From the IMG/VR virus record IMGVR_UViG_3300032156_000001, positions 64,001 to 128,000 of that record: DNA of 64,000 bases. One strand, 5' to 3'. The position numbers and the translations under genes are program-made. Source of the stretch: a virus. Of the stretch, positions 45,973 to 53,764 are shown one piece after another. Positions within the stretch are counted from its first letter, which is position 1. The number at the start of each line of letters is the position of its first letter. Below the pieces are notes generated by a model. It saw only the letters and a program-made list of their open reading frames with translations, did not search any database and had not been told where the DNA came from.

Positions 45973-46562
45973 GACCTAAGAAGGCCAAAAAGGCGTGGCA
46001 GGGCAAGGGGTCCGCCACGCTGTTCATGGAGCGCCTGCGCGCAAGGAGGACGGAGATGAGACTGGTCCTGAAGCCCGACATGGCGACGTTCGTGCACTTC
46101 GCGCTGAACAGCCCCGGCTCGTTCAACCAGTTCGGCACGATGCAGGTCCGCAGCTTCACCTCGGACGACTTCAACGTCGTGAAGCAGATGGCGCGGATCA
46201 AGAAGTGGTTCCGCGAGCACGTGCTCATGAAGGAGGACGCCAAGGCGCCGGATGAGGACGCCAAGTTCAGGCTGCCGAAGAAAGAGGTCGCGGTCGGCAT
46301 CCCCCAGGGGTACGCCGACATCCTCAAGACGCTCCTGGAGCACTACAAGCCGGCCGGGCACACCGCCGAATGGTGCGAGGCCTACGCCCCGCTGATGTGC
46401 CAGCTCAAGGGCGAGAAGTTCGTCGAGGAGGACATCTGGCTGGACCCCGACGAGGAGGCGCGGAAGGAGAAGGAGGCCGAGGACAAGCGGGCTGCCGAGG
46501 AGAAGGAAAAGGCCGAGAAGAGAGCCGCCGAGAAGGCCGCCAAGGAGGCCGAAAAGAAGTAG
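45969..46562 (+). CDS. hypothetical protein with a Lys/Glu/Ala-rich tail
   Basis: GTG 45969 overlaps the upstream stop; strong GC3 bias. Confidence 0.7.
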   Translation: MRPKKAKKAWQGKGSATLFMERLRARRTEMRLVLKPDMATFVHFALNSPGSFNQFGTMQVRSFTSDDFNVVKQMARIKKWFREHVLMKEDAKAPDEDAKFRLPKKEVAVGIPQGYADILKTLLEHYKPAGHTAEWCEAYAPLMCQLKGEKFVEEDIWLDPDEEARKEKEAEDKRAAEEKEKAEKRAAEKAAKEAEKK

Positions 46563-46584
46563 GTTTCCAAGGCCTTGGAAACCT
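46561..46584. repeat. dispersed palindrome, copy 5 (extends to 24 bp)
   Basis: AGGTTTCCAAGGCCTTGGAAACCT overlapping a stop codon. Confidence 0.9.
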
Positions 46585-46606
46585 TGTGGCGGCCGCGGAG
46601 GGAGCG

Positions 46607-46837
46607 ATGACTGACTACGCGCGAGCGCGCGAACGGCTCCGGCGGAAGATGCTGAAGGACGATGAGACTGCTGCAATTCATGCGGCGGTCCTGCGCGGCT
46701 TCGAGAAGGGCTGGATATCGGGATTGGGCGCTGCATTCCGCAAGCGGCAGGCCGTGAAGACGGAGGACGGCGCCAAGGTCTTCGTCTGCCCGTCAGAGAT
46801 CAGGGCCCTGTGGAGGCAGCCACGCTACGGAGGTTGA
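46607..46837 (+). CDS. hypothetical protein
   Basis: ATG 46607 behind GGAGGGAG. Confidence 0.55.
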   Translation: MTDYARARERLRRKMLKDDETAAIHAAVLRGFEKGWISGLGAAFRKRQAVKTEDGAKVFVCPSEIRALWRQPRYGG

Positions 46838-46852
46838 GGAAGGGGGTGCGGC

Positions 46853-47146
46853 GTGCACGACGGACCGTTGACGGAGATCGCGAAAGCGCGGGCGGAGCGC
46901 GACTGGAAGCCTATGCCGAACCCCACAGCCGTGGACTTGAAGGACCCGCTGTTCGAGGCGATCTGGCGGGCGACGAAGTCTTGGGACGTGAGCGTGCCGG
47001 AGTCCTACTGCGGTTACTGCGGGATGAACGGCAGCCATGTGATGGTGATCCTGAACGCGGTCCACGCCGTCATGGCGGCTAGAATCCATGAGCTGGCGGC
47101 CGAGGTCCGCGAAGGGAAGCCCGACGGGAAGGCCAAAACCACCTGA
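46853..47146 (+). CDS. hypothetical protein
   Basis: 97 aa; KSWDVxVPExYxGYCGMNGSHV. Confidence 0.6.
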   Translation: MHDGPLTEIAKARAERDWKPMPNPTAVDLKDPLFEAIWRATKSWDVSVPESYCGYCGMNGSHVMVILNAVHAVMAARIHELAAEVREGKPDGKAKTT

Positions 47147-47155
47147 GGACTCGTC

Positions 47156-47401
47156 GTGGGCTGCATCGAATGCGGGGCCGTCAGGGGGCACGCGCCGGGC
47201 TGCGGGCAGCAGACGCGCGAGGAGCTGGCCGCGCAGTTCAAGGTCTATCTGGCCAATTGGCGGTCGATGAGCTTTCAGCACGCCAACAGGCAGAAGGAGC
47301 TCCAGGACCTGGTGACGTTCTGGCAGGGCAAGTTCAGGATCGTGGCCGCCGAGAACAACGCCCTGCGGCGGAAACTCAAGGGAACCGAGGCCAAGGCGTG
47401 A
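47156..47401 (+). CDS. small Zn-knuckle/coiled-coil protein
   Basis: CIECG...HAPGC followed by a coiled coil. Confidence 0.5.
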   Translation: MGCIECGAVRGHAPGCGQQTREELAAQFKVYLANWRSMSFQHANRQKELQDLVTFWQGKFRIVAAENNALRRKLKGTEAKA

Positions 47402-48090
47402 ACGCGATAATGACCGTCATCATCGGCCCGGAATACGAGGAGATCGCCGGGCTGACGCTGCCGCACATCCGCGCGTACGTGGACAGGCTGGGCGCCGCCA
47501 TGGTCGAGACGCGCAAGGCGGAACTGTCGCGCGGGATACTGCACTACGAGAAGCTGGGCATGCGGCAGTGGCTGGACAAATTCGACAGGATGGCGTTCAT
47601 AGACGTCGACTGCCTGGTGCGCAAGGACTGCCCCAGCCTGTTCGCCGAGGTCCCGCCCGAGAAATTCGGCATCATGGACGACAGCCAGTTCGGCGACCGC
47701 GAGAAGGCGATCGACCACATGGCGCGCAGCTTCGGCGCGCGCGGGCTGAAGCGCGGGAACCACAAGTACGGCAACACGGGCGTCATGGTGGCTTCAGCCT
47801 GCCACCGCGCCGTGTTCGAGCTGCCCGCGAAGCAGCCGCAATCGTGGATGGAGCAGGGCTGGATCAACCTTCGGCTCTTCCAGCTGGACGTGCCGACGCA
47901 CTACCTGCCGTACCGGTTCAACCACATGCCCACCTACGAGAAGGCGTACTACGCCTGCCAGCATCCGATCTTGACGCCGCGGCTTAACAGTTGGATCATC
48001 CACTACTCCGGCGGGCGGCGCGACCACGCGGCGAACATGGCCGCGATGCGCGCCGACATCGCCGCGTGGAAGGGGCTCGACCTGCTGTAG
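47398..48090 (+). CDS. glycosyltransferase family 8-like protein
   Basis: FIDVDCLVRKDCPSLF (DxD), NTGVMV, EQGWIN, IIHYSG. Confidence 0.75.
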   Translation: MNAIMTVIIGPEYEEIAGLTLPHIRAYVDRLGAAMVETRKAELSRGILHYEKLGMRQWLDKFDRMAFIDVDCLVRKDCPSLFAEVPPEKFGIMDDSQFGDREKAIDHMARSFGARGLKRGNHKYGNTGVMVASACHRAVFELPAKQPQSWMEQGWINLRLFQLDVPTHYLPYRFNHMPTYEKAYYACQHPILTPRLNSWIIHYSGGRRDHAANMAAMRADIAAWKGLDLL

Positions 48091-48098
48091 GAGGCGCG

Positions 48099-48644
48099 AT
48101 GCGCGAAGCCGACCAGATGTTCACCAGCCGCGACGCCCTGACGCTGAAGCTGTGCCGGGACAAGGTCTGCGCCGAGGTGGGCGTCTGCCGCGGCGTCCAT
48201 GCCGCGGTCATGCTGTCCGCCGGGCCCGTGAGGCTGTACCTCGTCGACCCGTGGCGGCGCCAGAAGTGGCAGTCGCGCGGGGCCCCGTGCGACAGGAAGT
48301 ACAACGCCGCCTACGAGGAGCACTACAAGCACGTCGTCGAGACGCTCGGCAGGGACCCGCGCGTCATCGTGGTCCGGTCCACTTCCGTGGAGGCCGCGGC
48401 GACGTTCGGCGACGGGCTGTTCGACGTAGTTCACATTGACGCCGACCATAGCGAGAAAGCGTGCGCCGCGGACACAGAGGCGTGGTGGCTGAAGGTAAAG
48501 CCCGGCGGCTGGCTGTACGGCCACGACTACGACCCGGCCTCGCCGGGCGTGGTGGCCGCCGTGGGGAAGTTCCTGGACAAGCTGAAGCGCGAGCGGCTCG
48601 ACGCCAGGACCGAGAAGGATTCGTCGTGGGGGATCAGGAAGTAG
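48099..48644 (+). CDS. class I SAM methyltransferase (Methyltransf_24-like)
   Basis: AEVGVCRG, LYLVDPW, HIDADHS, GGWLYGHDY. Confidence 0.85.
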   Translation: MREADQMFTSRDALTLKLCRDKVCAEVGVCRGVHAAVMLSAGPVRLYLVDPWRRQKWQSRGAPCDRKYNAAYEEHYKHVVETLGRDPRVIVVRSTSVEAAATFGDGLFDVVHIDADHSEKACAADTEAWWLKVKPGGWLYGHDYDPASPGVVAAVGKFLDKLKRERLDARTEKDSSWGIRK

Positions 48645-48653
48645 GAGGCCGCG

Positions 48654-49214
48654 ATGCGTCCTGCCGTCCGGATGGTGCCCGATCGCGCTACGCTGGACAG
48701 GGAAGTGTGCGCCGGCAAGTATTGCGCCGAGGTGGGCGTGCTGCGCGGCAAGCACGCCGCCGTCATGCTGGCCGCCGGCCCCGACATGCTGTACCTCGTC
48801 GACCTGTGGAAGCACCAGGACGAGCGGATCTACGACGAGGAGCTCAACAGGGAATCCGACGACGCCAAGTTCGAGACGTTCTACCGGCACGTCGCCGACA
48901 CGCTGGGCAAGGACCCGCGTGTGGAGATCTTCCGGATGGATTCGCTGAGGGCGGCGAAGATCTTCAGGAAGCGGTCGCTGGGTGCCGTCTACGTCGACGG
49001 CAACCACGGCTACGAGGCGTGCGCCGCCGACCTGCACGCGTGGTGGCCGCGCGTGGCGCGCGGCGGCTGGCTGTACGGCCATGACTACAAGTTCGATTTC
49101 CCCGGCGTGGTGGGGGCCGTGGACGAGTTCCTCGACGAGCTGGGCAGGAAGGCGCTGGACGTGCTGACGGAGGACGACCCACCGTCGTGGGGGATCAGGA
49201 AAGCCGCGATATGA
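48654..49214 (+). CDS. class I SAM methyltransferase (paralog of 48099-48644)
   Basis: AEVGVLRG, VYVDGNHGY, GGWLYGHDY. Confidence 0.85.
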   Translation: MRPAVRMVPDRATLDREVCAGKYCAEVGVLRGKHAAVMLAAGPDMLYLVDLWKHQDERIYDEELNRESDDAKFETFYRHVADTLGKDPRVEIFRMDSLRAAKIFRKRSLGAVYVDGNHGYEACAADLHAWWPRVARGGWLYGHDYKFDFPGVVGAVDEFLDELGRKALDVLTEDDPPSWGIRKAAI

Positions 49215-49897
49215 ACGCCGTCGTGACGGTCTGCATCGGCGACTTCTTCAGGCGGATCGCCAGGTTGACGCACCCGCCGATGCGGAAGTACGCCGAGCGG
49301 CTCGGCGCCGACTTCGTGGTCCTCGACAGGATGCTGACCGCCGAGAAGTACCCGCACTACGAGAAGTTCCGCATCCGCGACCTGCTGGACGACTACGCCA
49401 GGGCCGCCTACATCGACACGGACGCGCTCGTGCGGAACGACTGCCCCGACCTGTTCGCCGAGGTCCCGCCGGCAAAGCTGGGCGCGTTCCCGGAAGGCAG
49501 CCACGTCGACAGGACCGCGGCCGTGAAGCTGGCCTGCGAACAGTACGGATTGGAGTATGCCAGGTTCAGGGACAAGCCATACTTCAACACCGGCGTCATG
49601 GTGGTGTCGCGCTGCCACGCCAGGGCGTTCGTGAAGCCCGCGGTGGAGGTGCGCGACTTCTGGGAGCAGTCCTACCTGAACCTGCGGTTCGTCATCGAGG
49701 ACGTCGAGATGCACGAACTGTCCCACAGGTTCAACCGGCTGCCCGCCTTCGACTACGCGTCGGCCAAATGCTGCGTCCCCATCGACGAGCCCCGCCTGGA
49801 CAGTTGGATCGTGCACCACGCGGGCGGGATCAAGGCGGGCGTCATCAGCCGCATCGCCTGCGACCTGGCGGCGTGGCGCGCCCGCGGCCTCGCGTAG
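49211..49897 (+). CDS. glycosyltransferase family 8-like protein (paralog of 47398-48090)
   Basis: YIDTDALVRNDCPDLF, FNTGVMV, EQSYLN, IVHHAG. Confidence 0.75.
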   Translation: MNAVVTVCIGDFFRRIARLTHPPMRKYAERLGADFVVLDRMLTAEKYPHYEKFRIRDLLDDYARAAYIDTDALVRNDCPDLFAEVPPAKLGAFPEGSHVDRTAAVKLACEQYGLEYARFRDKPYFNTGVMVVSRCHARAFVKPAVEVRDFWEQSYLNLRFVIEDVEMHELSHRFNRLPAFDYASAKCCVPIDEPRLDSWIVHHAGGIKAGVISRIACDLAAWRARGLA

Positions 49898-49926
49898 TTG
49901 ACTGCCCGCCCCTTCCGACCGATAAT
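49898..49926 (+). promoter_or_regulatory. sigma70-like promoter
   Basis: TTGACT-17 nt-GATAAT. Confidence 0.65.
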
Positions 49927-49950
49927 GGCCCTATGAAGGGGGAACGGCCA

Positions 49951-50784
49951 ATGGCGGAGGAAAAACCCATGCGAAAAGCCCTTCTTGTTGGCATCAACCA
50001 GTACAGCGCGCCGTACGCGCTGCAGGGCTGCGTCAACGACGTCATGGCGATGCGCAGCCTGCTGCGCGACTACCTGGGCTTCCCGGCGTCGGGCATCCTG
50101 ATCCTGAAGGACAAGCAGGCGACCACGAGGAACATCCTGAACGGCCTGAGGTGGCTGGCCAACATCAACGCCGGCGGCATCGCCCTGTTCCACTATTCCG
50201 GTCACGGCGCGCAGGTGCTCACCAGCGACCCCGGCGAGCCGGACGGATTGGCCGAGTGCATCTGCCCGGTCGACTTCAACTGGACGCCGCAGCGCATGAT
50301 CACCGACAAGCAGCTTGTCGCGGCGCTGGCGTTGCTGCCGTCCACCGCGGCTACGAACTGGTTGTCGGATTCCTGCCATGCGGGAGGACTGGACGAGACC
50401 GACCGCGGCGCCAAATCGCTCGCGACCGACAAGCGGACCCTGCGGCACATGATACTGCCGCCTGCCATGGCCGCCGAGGTGGAGCGCCTGAGGAAGAAGA
50501 AAAAGACCAAGGTGCGGACGATGGCGAAGTCGCTGAAGGCGGCGGAACTGGCCGTAGGCTTCATGGCGGCCTGCAGGGCCAACCAGACGGCGTCCGACAC
50601 GTACGAGGACGGTCGGTGGTGCGGCGCGTTCACGTGGGCGTTCCTGAAGGCCGTGAAGGCCAATACCCGCGCGGCGCTGACCGACCTCTGCGCGACCACG
50701 CGTTCGACCCTGTCGAAGGCGCGCTACTCGCAGGCCCCGCAGGTGGAAGGCACGAGGATCGACAAGCCGTTCCTGTCCTGGTGA
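49951..50784 (+). CDS. caspase-family cysteine protease (metacaspase, peptidase C14)
   Basis: KALLVGINQY, LQGCVND, FHYSGHG (catalytic His), SDSCH (catalytic Cys), GAFT. Confidence 0.9.
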   Translation: MAEEKPMRKALLVGINQYSAPYALQGCVNDVMAMRSLLRDYLGFPASGILILKDKQATTRNILNGLRWLANINAGGIALFHYSGHGAQVLTSDPGEPDGLAECICPVDFNWTPQRMITDKQLVAALALLPSTAATNWLSDSCHAGGLDETDRGAKSLATDKRTLRHMILPPAMAAEVERLRKKKKTKVRTMAKSLKAAELAVGFMAACRANQTASDTYEDGRWCGAFTWAFLKAVKANTRAALTDLCATTRSTLSKARYSQAPQVEGTRIDKPFLSW

Positions 50785-50798
50785 CGGAAGGAGGTCCG

Positions 50799-51050
50799 AT
50801 GGCGACCGCGCTGAACGCCGGCCGCGGCTTCACGAGCCGCAAGTTCATCGTAGTCATCGTGGCGCTGGTGTGCTTCACCGTCCTGGCGTACTCGATGATC
50901 ATGCCGATAGAGCTGTACGCGGACCTGGTGACGTGGCTGCTGATCGCGTACATGGCCGTCGAGGGCGGCGGGGACGCCATCAGCCGCACGAAATGGGCCC
51001 GGCCGACGGAGCTGATGCCGCCCAAGGACGCGCCGCCGCCCAAGCCTTGA
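50799..51050 (+). CDS. holin-like small two-TM protein
   Basis: FTSRKF followed by two hydrophobic helices. Confidence 0.55.
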   Translation: MATALNAGRGFTSRKFIVVIVALVCFTVLAYSMIMPIELYADLVTWLLIAYMAVEGGGDAISRTKWARPTELMPPKDAPPPKP

Positions 51051-51075
51051 CTTTTCGGCACCGCGCGCGAACAAT
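51047..51075 (+). promoter_or_regulatory. possible sigma70-like promoter
   Basis: TTGACT-17 nt-AACAAT. Confidence 0.45.
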
Positions 51076-51104
51076 GCGGGGGGACGACAAAGGAGGCCGA
51101 CGCC

Positions 51105-51986
51105 ATGCCGTTCAAGTCGAAGTCGCAGTGGCATAAGTTCTTCGCGATGGCCAACCGCGGGGAGATCTCCGAGGGAAAGGCGAAAGAGTGGGCAGAAGAG
51201 ACCAAGACGCCCTTCAAGAGCCTGCCGGAAAAGAAGAAGGAGAAGGCCGAGAAGAAGTCCGCCGCCGACGTCTCCAGGGCCGCCCAGATAGCGGAAGGCA
51301 CGCCGATGGAGAAGAAGGAGCACGGTGTCGGCACCGCCGCGGCCAGGCAGATCGCTACCGATCACGTCGATGAGCATCCCGGCAAGGATGTCTACGGCGA
51401 GTTGAAGAAAGTGGACGCGAAGCTGGAGAAGAAGGAGGCGAGCCAAGTGGACAACTTCGAGAAGGTGCGCGCGCTGCTGGCCAAGGCGGCCGAAGGCCTG
51501 ATGCCCGAACAGGAAGACGGCGTCACGGGGTCCATGGGGCCCGGGGCCGCCGCGCCGGGTATCTGGTCGCAGCTGGCGCAGGCGCTCGGCGGGGCCGGCG
51601 AGTCCATCAAGGGCATGGCCAGCAAGGGCCTCGGGTTCGCGAAGAGCCTGCCCGGCAAGTTCGAGGCGATGCCCGGCTGGCAGAAAGGCCTGGCGGGGGC
51701 CGGCGTCGGCGGAGCGGGAGTGCTCGGCGGGGTCGGCCTGTACAGCCTGATCCGGCACATCCTGGCCAACCGCGCGGAGAAGGAAGGCGCGGCGCACGAC
51801 CTGCCCTGCGGCGGCTTCGCGGACGGCTTCCTGTCCTACTGCATCGATAACAAGCTGACCGACGACCAGACGCTGGAGCTGCTCGAGAAGGGCGCGGCGC
51901 TGGAAGGGCCGGCCGGCGAGGAGCTCGTCGACCTGGCCGGCCAGTTGGCCAAGGTGGGCATGCAGAAGGCGGCGGAGACGAAGTGA
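51105..51986 (+). CDS. putative virion-associated protein (MPFKS N-terminal motif + DUF5661-like segment)
   Basis: MPFKSKSQW...; EKKEHG...ARQIATDHVDEH...YGEL; several K-x-A motifs. Confidence 0.65.
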   Translation: MPFKSKSQWHKFFAMANRGEISEGKAKEWAEETKTPFKSLPEKKKEKAEKKSAADVSRAAQIAEGTPMEKKEHGVGTAAARQIATDHVDEHPGKDVYGELKKVDAKLEKKEASQVDNFEKVRALLAKAAEGLMPEQEDGVTGSMGPGAAAPGIWSQLAQALGGAGESIKGMASKGLGFAKSLPGKFEAMPGWQKGLAGAGVGGAGVLGGVGLYSLIRHILANRAEKEGAAHDLPCGGFADGFLSYCIDNKLTDDQTLELLEKGAALEGPAGEELVDLAGQLAKVGMQKAAETK

Positions 51987-52357
51987 CGCCGGCCAGGATC
52001 CTCTCCTACAAGGCCGGCTTCCTGCGCAAGCTCGCGGAAGCCGGCGTCCTGCCCTCCGAGGCCATGGCCGCCGTGAAGGTAGCGGCGGGCAAGCCGGAGG
52101 GCGGCGGGGGCGGCATGCCGTCCATAAGCAAGGCGCTCGGCCAGCTGGCGTCCCTGGCGCCGTCGGCCGTGAAGGGGACCGCCGCGGTGGCCGTCGGCGC
52201 ACCCTTGGCCCTGGGCGCCGGCGCGGGCGCGCTGGACGCCGTCATGGACGCGCCGGTGCTCGACGCGGACATGCTGCACAAGATGGAGCTCATGGCCGCG
52301 TACCGGCAGGCGACGAAGGAGATCCTTAACCGGCAGGCGGCGCGCAAGGGCGGGTAG
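51983..52357 (+). CDS. hypothetical Ala/Gly-rich protein
   Basis: 124 aa; operonic overlap. Confidence 0.65.
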   Translation: MTPARILSYKAGFLRKLAEAGVLPSEAMAAVKVAAGKPEGGGGGMPSISKALGQLASLAPSAVKGTAAVAVGAPLALGAGAGALDAVMDAPVLDADMLHKMELMAAYRQATKEILNRQAARKGG

Positions 52358-52372
52358 CCGCGAAGGAGCGAC

Positions 52373-52822
52373 ATGCCTGACGAGCCGTCCGCGGCCAGCA
52401 GCAGCGCGGAACAGGAAGTGCGGCCCGTCGGCGTCGCCGAAAGCGCCGACTCCCTTCCCGATGAAGTCGAGCGCCCGCCGCTCCCTGCGCACCTGCTCGA
52501 TCCCGCCAACGTGCTCGGCAAGGAATCCGTCCTGCCCGGCATGGACGGCCTGCCGTTCAGGGGGCCGATCCCCGACCTGCGCGAGACGGACCCCGACCAC
52601 ATGCGCCCGCAGGTGGGTTACGGGGCGCACGTGCAGCTGTTCGTGCTGAGCAAGCCGAAGGACTTGGCGTATTACCAGCAGGTGATCCAGCTCATGGCGA
52701 ACGGGTTCGCGGTGATGGGCGCCGAGGACAGGGTCTACGATAAGGACATCAAGTCGTGGCGGATACTGCTGCGCTGGTACGAGCAGTTCGCCACCATGAA
52801 GCCGAGGGGCATGGTCCCGTAG
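52373..52822 (+). CDS. hypothetical protein
   Basis: 149 aa; AAGGAG RBS. Confidence 0.7.
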   Translation: MPDEPSAASSSAEQEVRPVGVAESADSLPDEVERPPLPAHLLDPANVLGKESVLPGMDGLPFRGPIPDLRETDPDHMRPQVGYGAHVQLFVLSKPKDLAYYQQVIQLMANGFAVMGAEDRVYDKDIKSWRILLRWYEQFATMKPRGMVP

Positions 52823-52830
52823 GGGGCGCC

Positions 52831-53754
52831 GTGGGAAAGATAGCCGAACGGCTGATAGCGATGGGCCTGGCCAAGAAGGCCGAACCGCCCGACTGGGAGG
52901 GCCGCCTGTCGGAGCAGGAGGACCGCCTTCGCCAGATCATGCCGCCGTCGAGGGACGAGGCGCAGGCGGAGGCCAAGACGCGCATCGACGCCATGCGCCG
53001 CAAGGCGTACATCCTCGGCTACGCGATGCGCGGCCAGCACGCGCCCAAGGCGGAGCAGCAGCTGGCCGAGCTGTCCGGCGCGATACAGCCGCAGCAGGAG
53101 ACCGTGGAAGTTCCGGCCGTGAAGGCCGGTGAGGACAAGAAGGCACTGCTGGGCCCGATCATCGAGCCCATCCAGGCGCTGCTGCAGTCCGCGCGGCACA
53201 CGGTGCCCATGAATGCGCGGCTGGCGCTCCAGGGGCCGACGGCCGTGACCGCCGACCCCACCACGCTGCCCGGCTACGGCGCGCAGGCTTCCGGCGCGGT
53301 CGCGAGCGGCTTCCAGGAGGGCGTCGGCCACGCCACCGAGGACATGAAGAAGGACATCCACGGCAAGCTCGACACTGAGCTGGCCCAGGCGAAGACCGAG
53401 TTCGAGGCCGCCATGGCCAGCGAGACCGCCGGCGCCAAGGAGGCGGGCGAGCTGGGCCGGCTGCTCGACAAGGCCGCGGCGGAGAAGTCCGCCGAGGGCG
53501 AGCTGAACAAGCTGCTCAACCTCTACCTGGCTGCGGCGGGCCTCGTCGGCGCCGCCGGCCACGCCGCCGGGCGCAGCGCCGTGGCGGGCAGGCTGCCGGA
53601 ATACGCGCGCGCCAAGGCGATCAAGGACCTGGCGCGCCAGCGCACGCAGGAGGCGCCGGTCCTCATCGCGCCGCAGAAGGAGCTCGCCCTGGACGAACCC
53701 GACGCCGGCGAAGAGGAACCCGAGCCGGCCGTCACGCAGCCGGTAACGGCATGA
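52831..53754 (+). CDS. hypothetical Ala-rich protein
   Basis: GTG 52831 within ORF 52756-53754. Confidence 0.65.
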   Translation: MGKIAERLIAMGLAKKAEPPDWEGRLSEQEDRLRQIMPPSRDEAQAEAKTRIDAMRRKAYILGYAMRGQHAPKAEQQLAELSGAIQPQQETVEVPAVKAGEDKKALLGPIIEPIQALLQSARHTVPMNARLALQGPTAVTADPTTLPGYGAQASGAVASGFQEGVGHATEDMKKDIHGKLDTELAQAKTEFEAAMASETAGAKEAGELGRLLDKAAAEKSAEGELNKLLNLYLAAAGLVGAAGHAAGRSAVAGRLPEYARAKAIKDLARQRTQEAPVLIAPQKELALDEPDAGEEEPEPAVTQPVTA

Positions 53755-53764
53755 GGAGGGGCGG

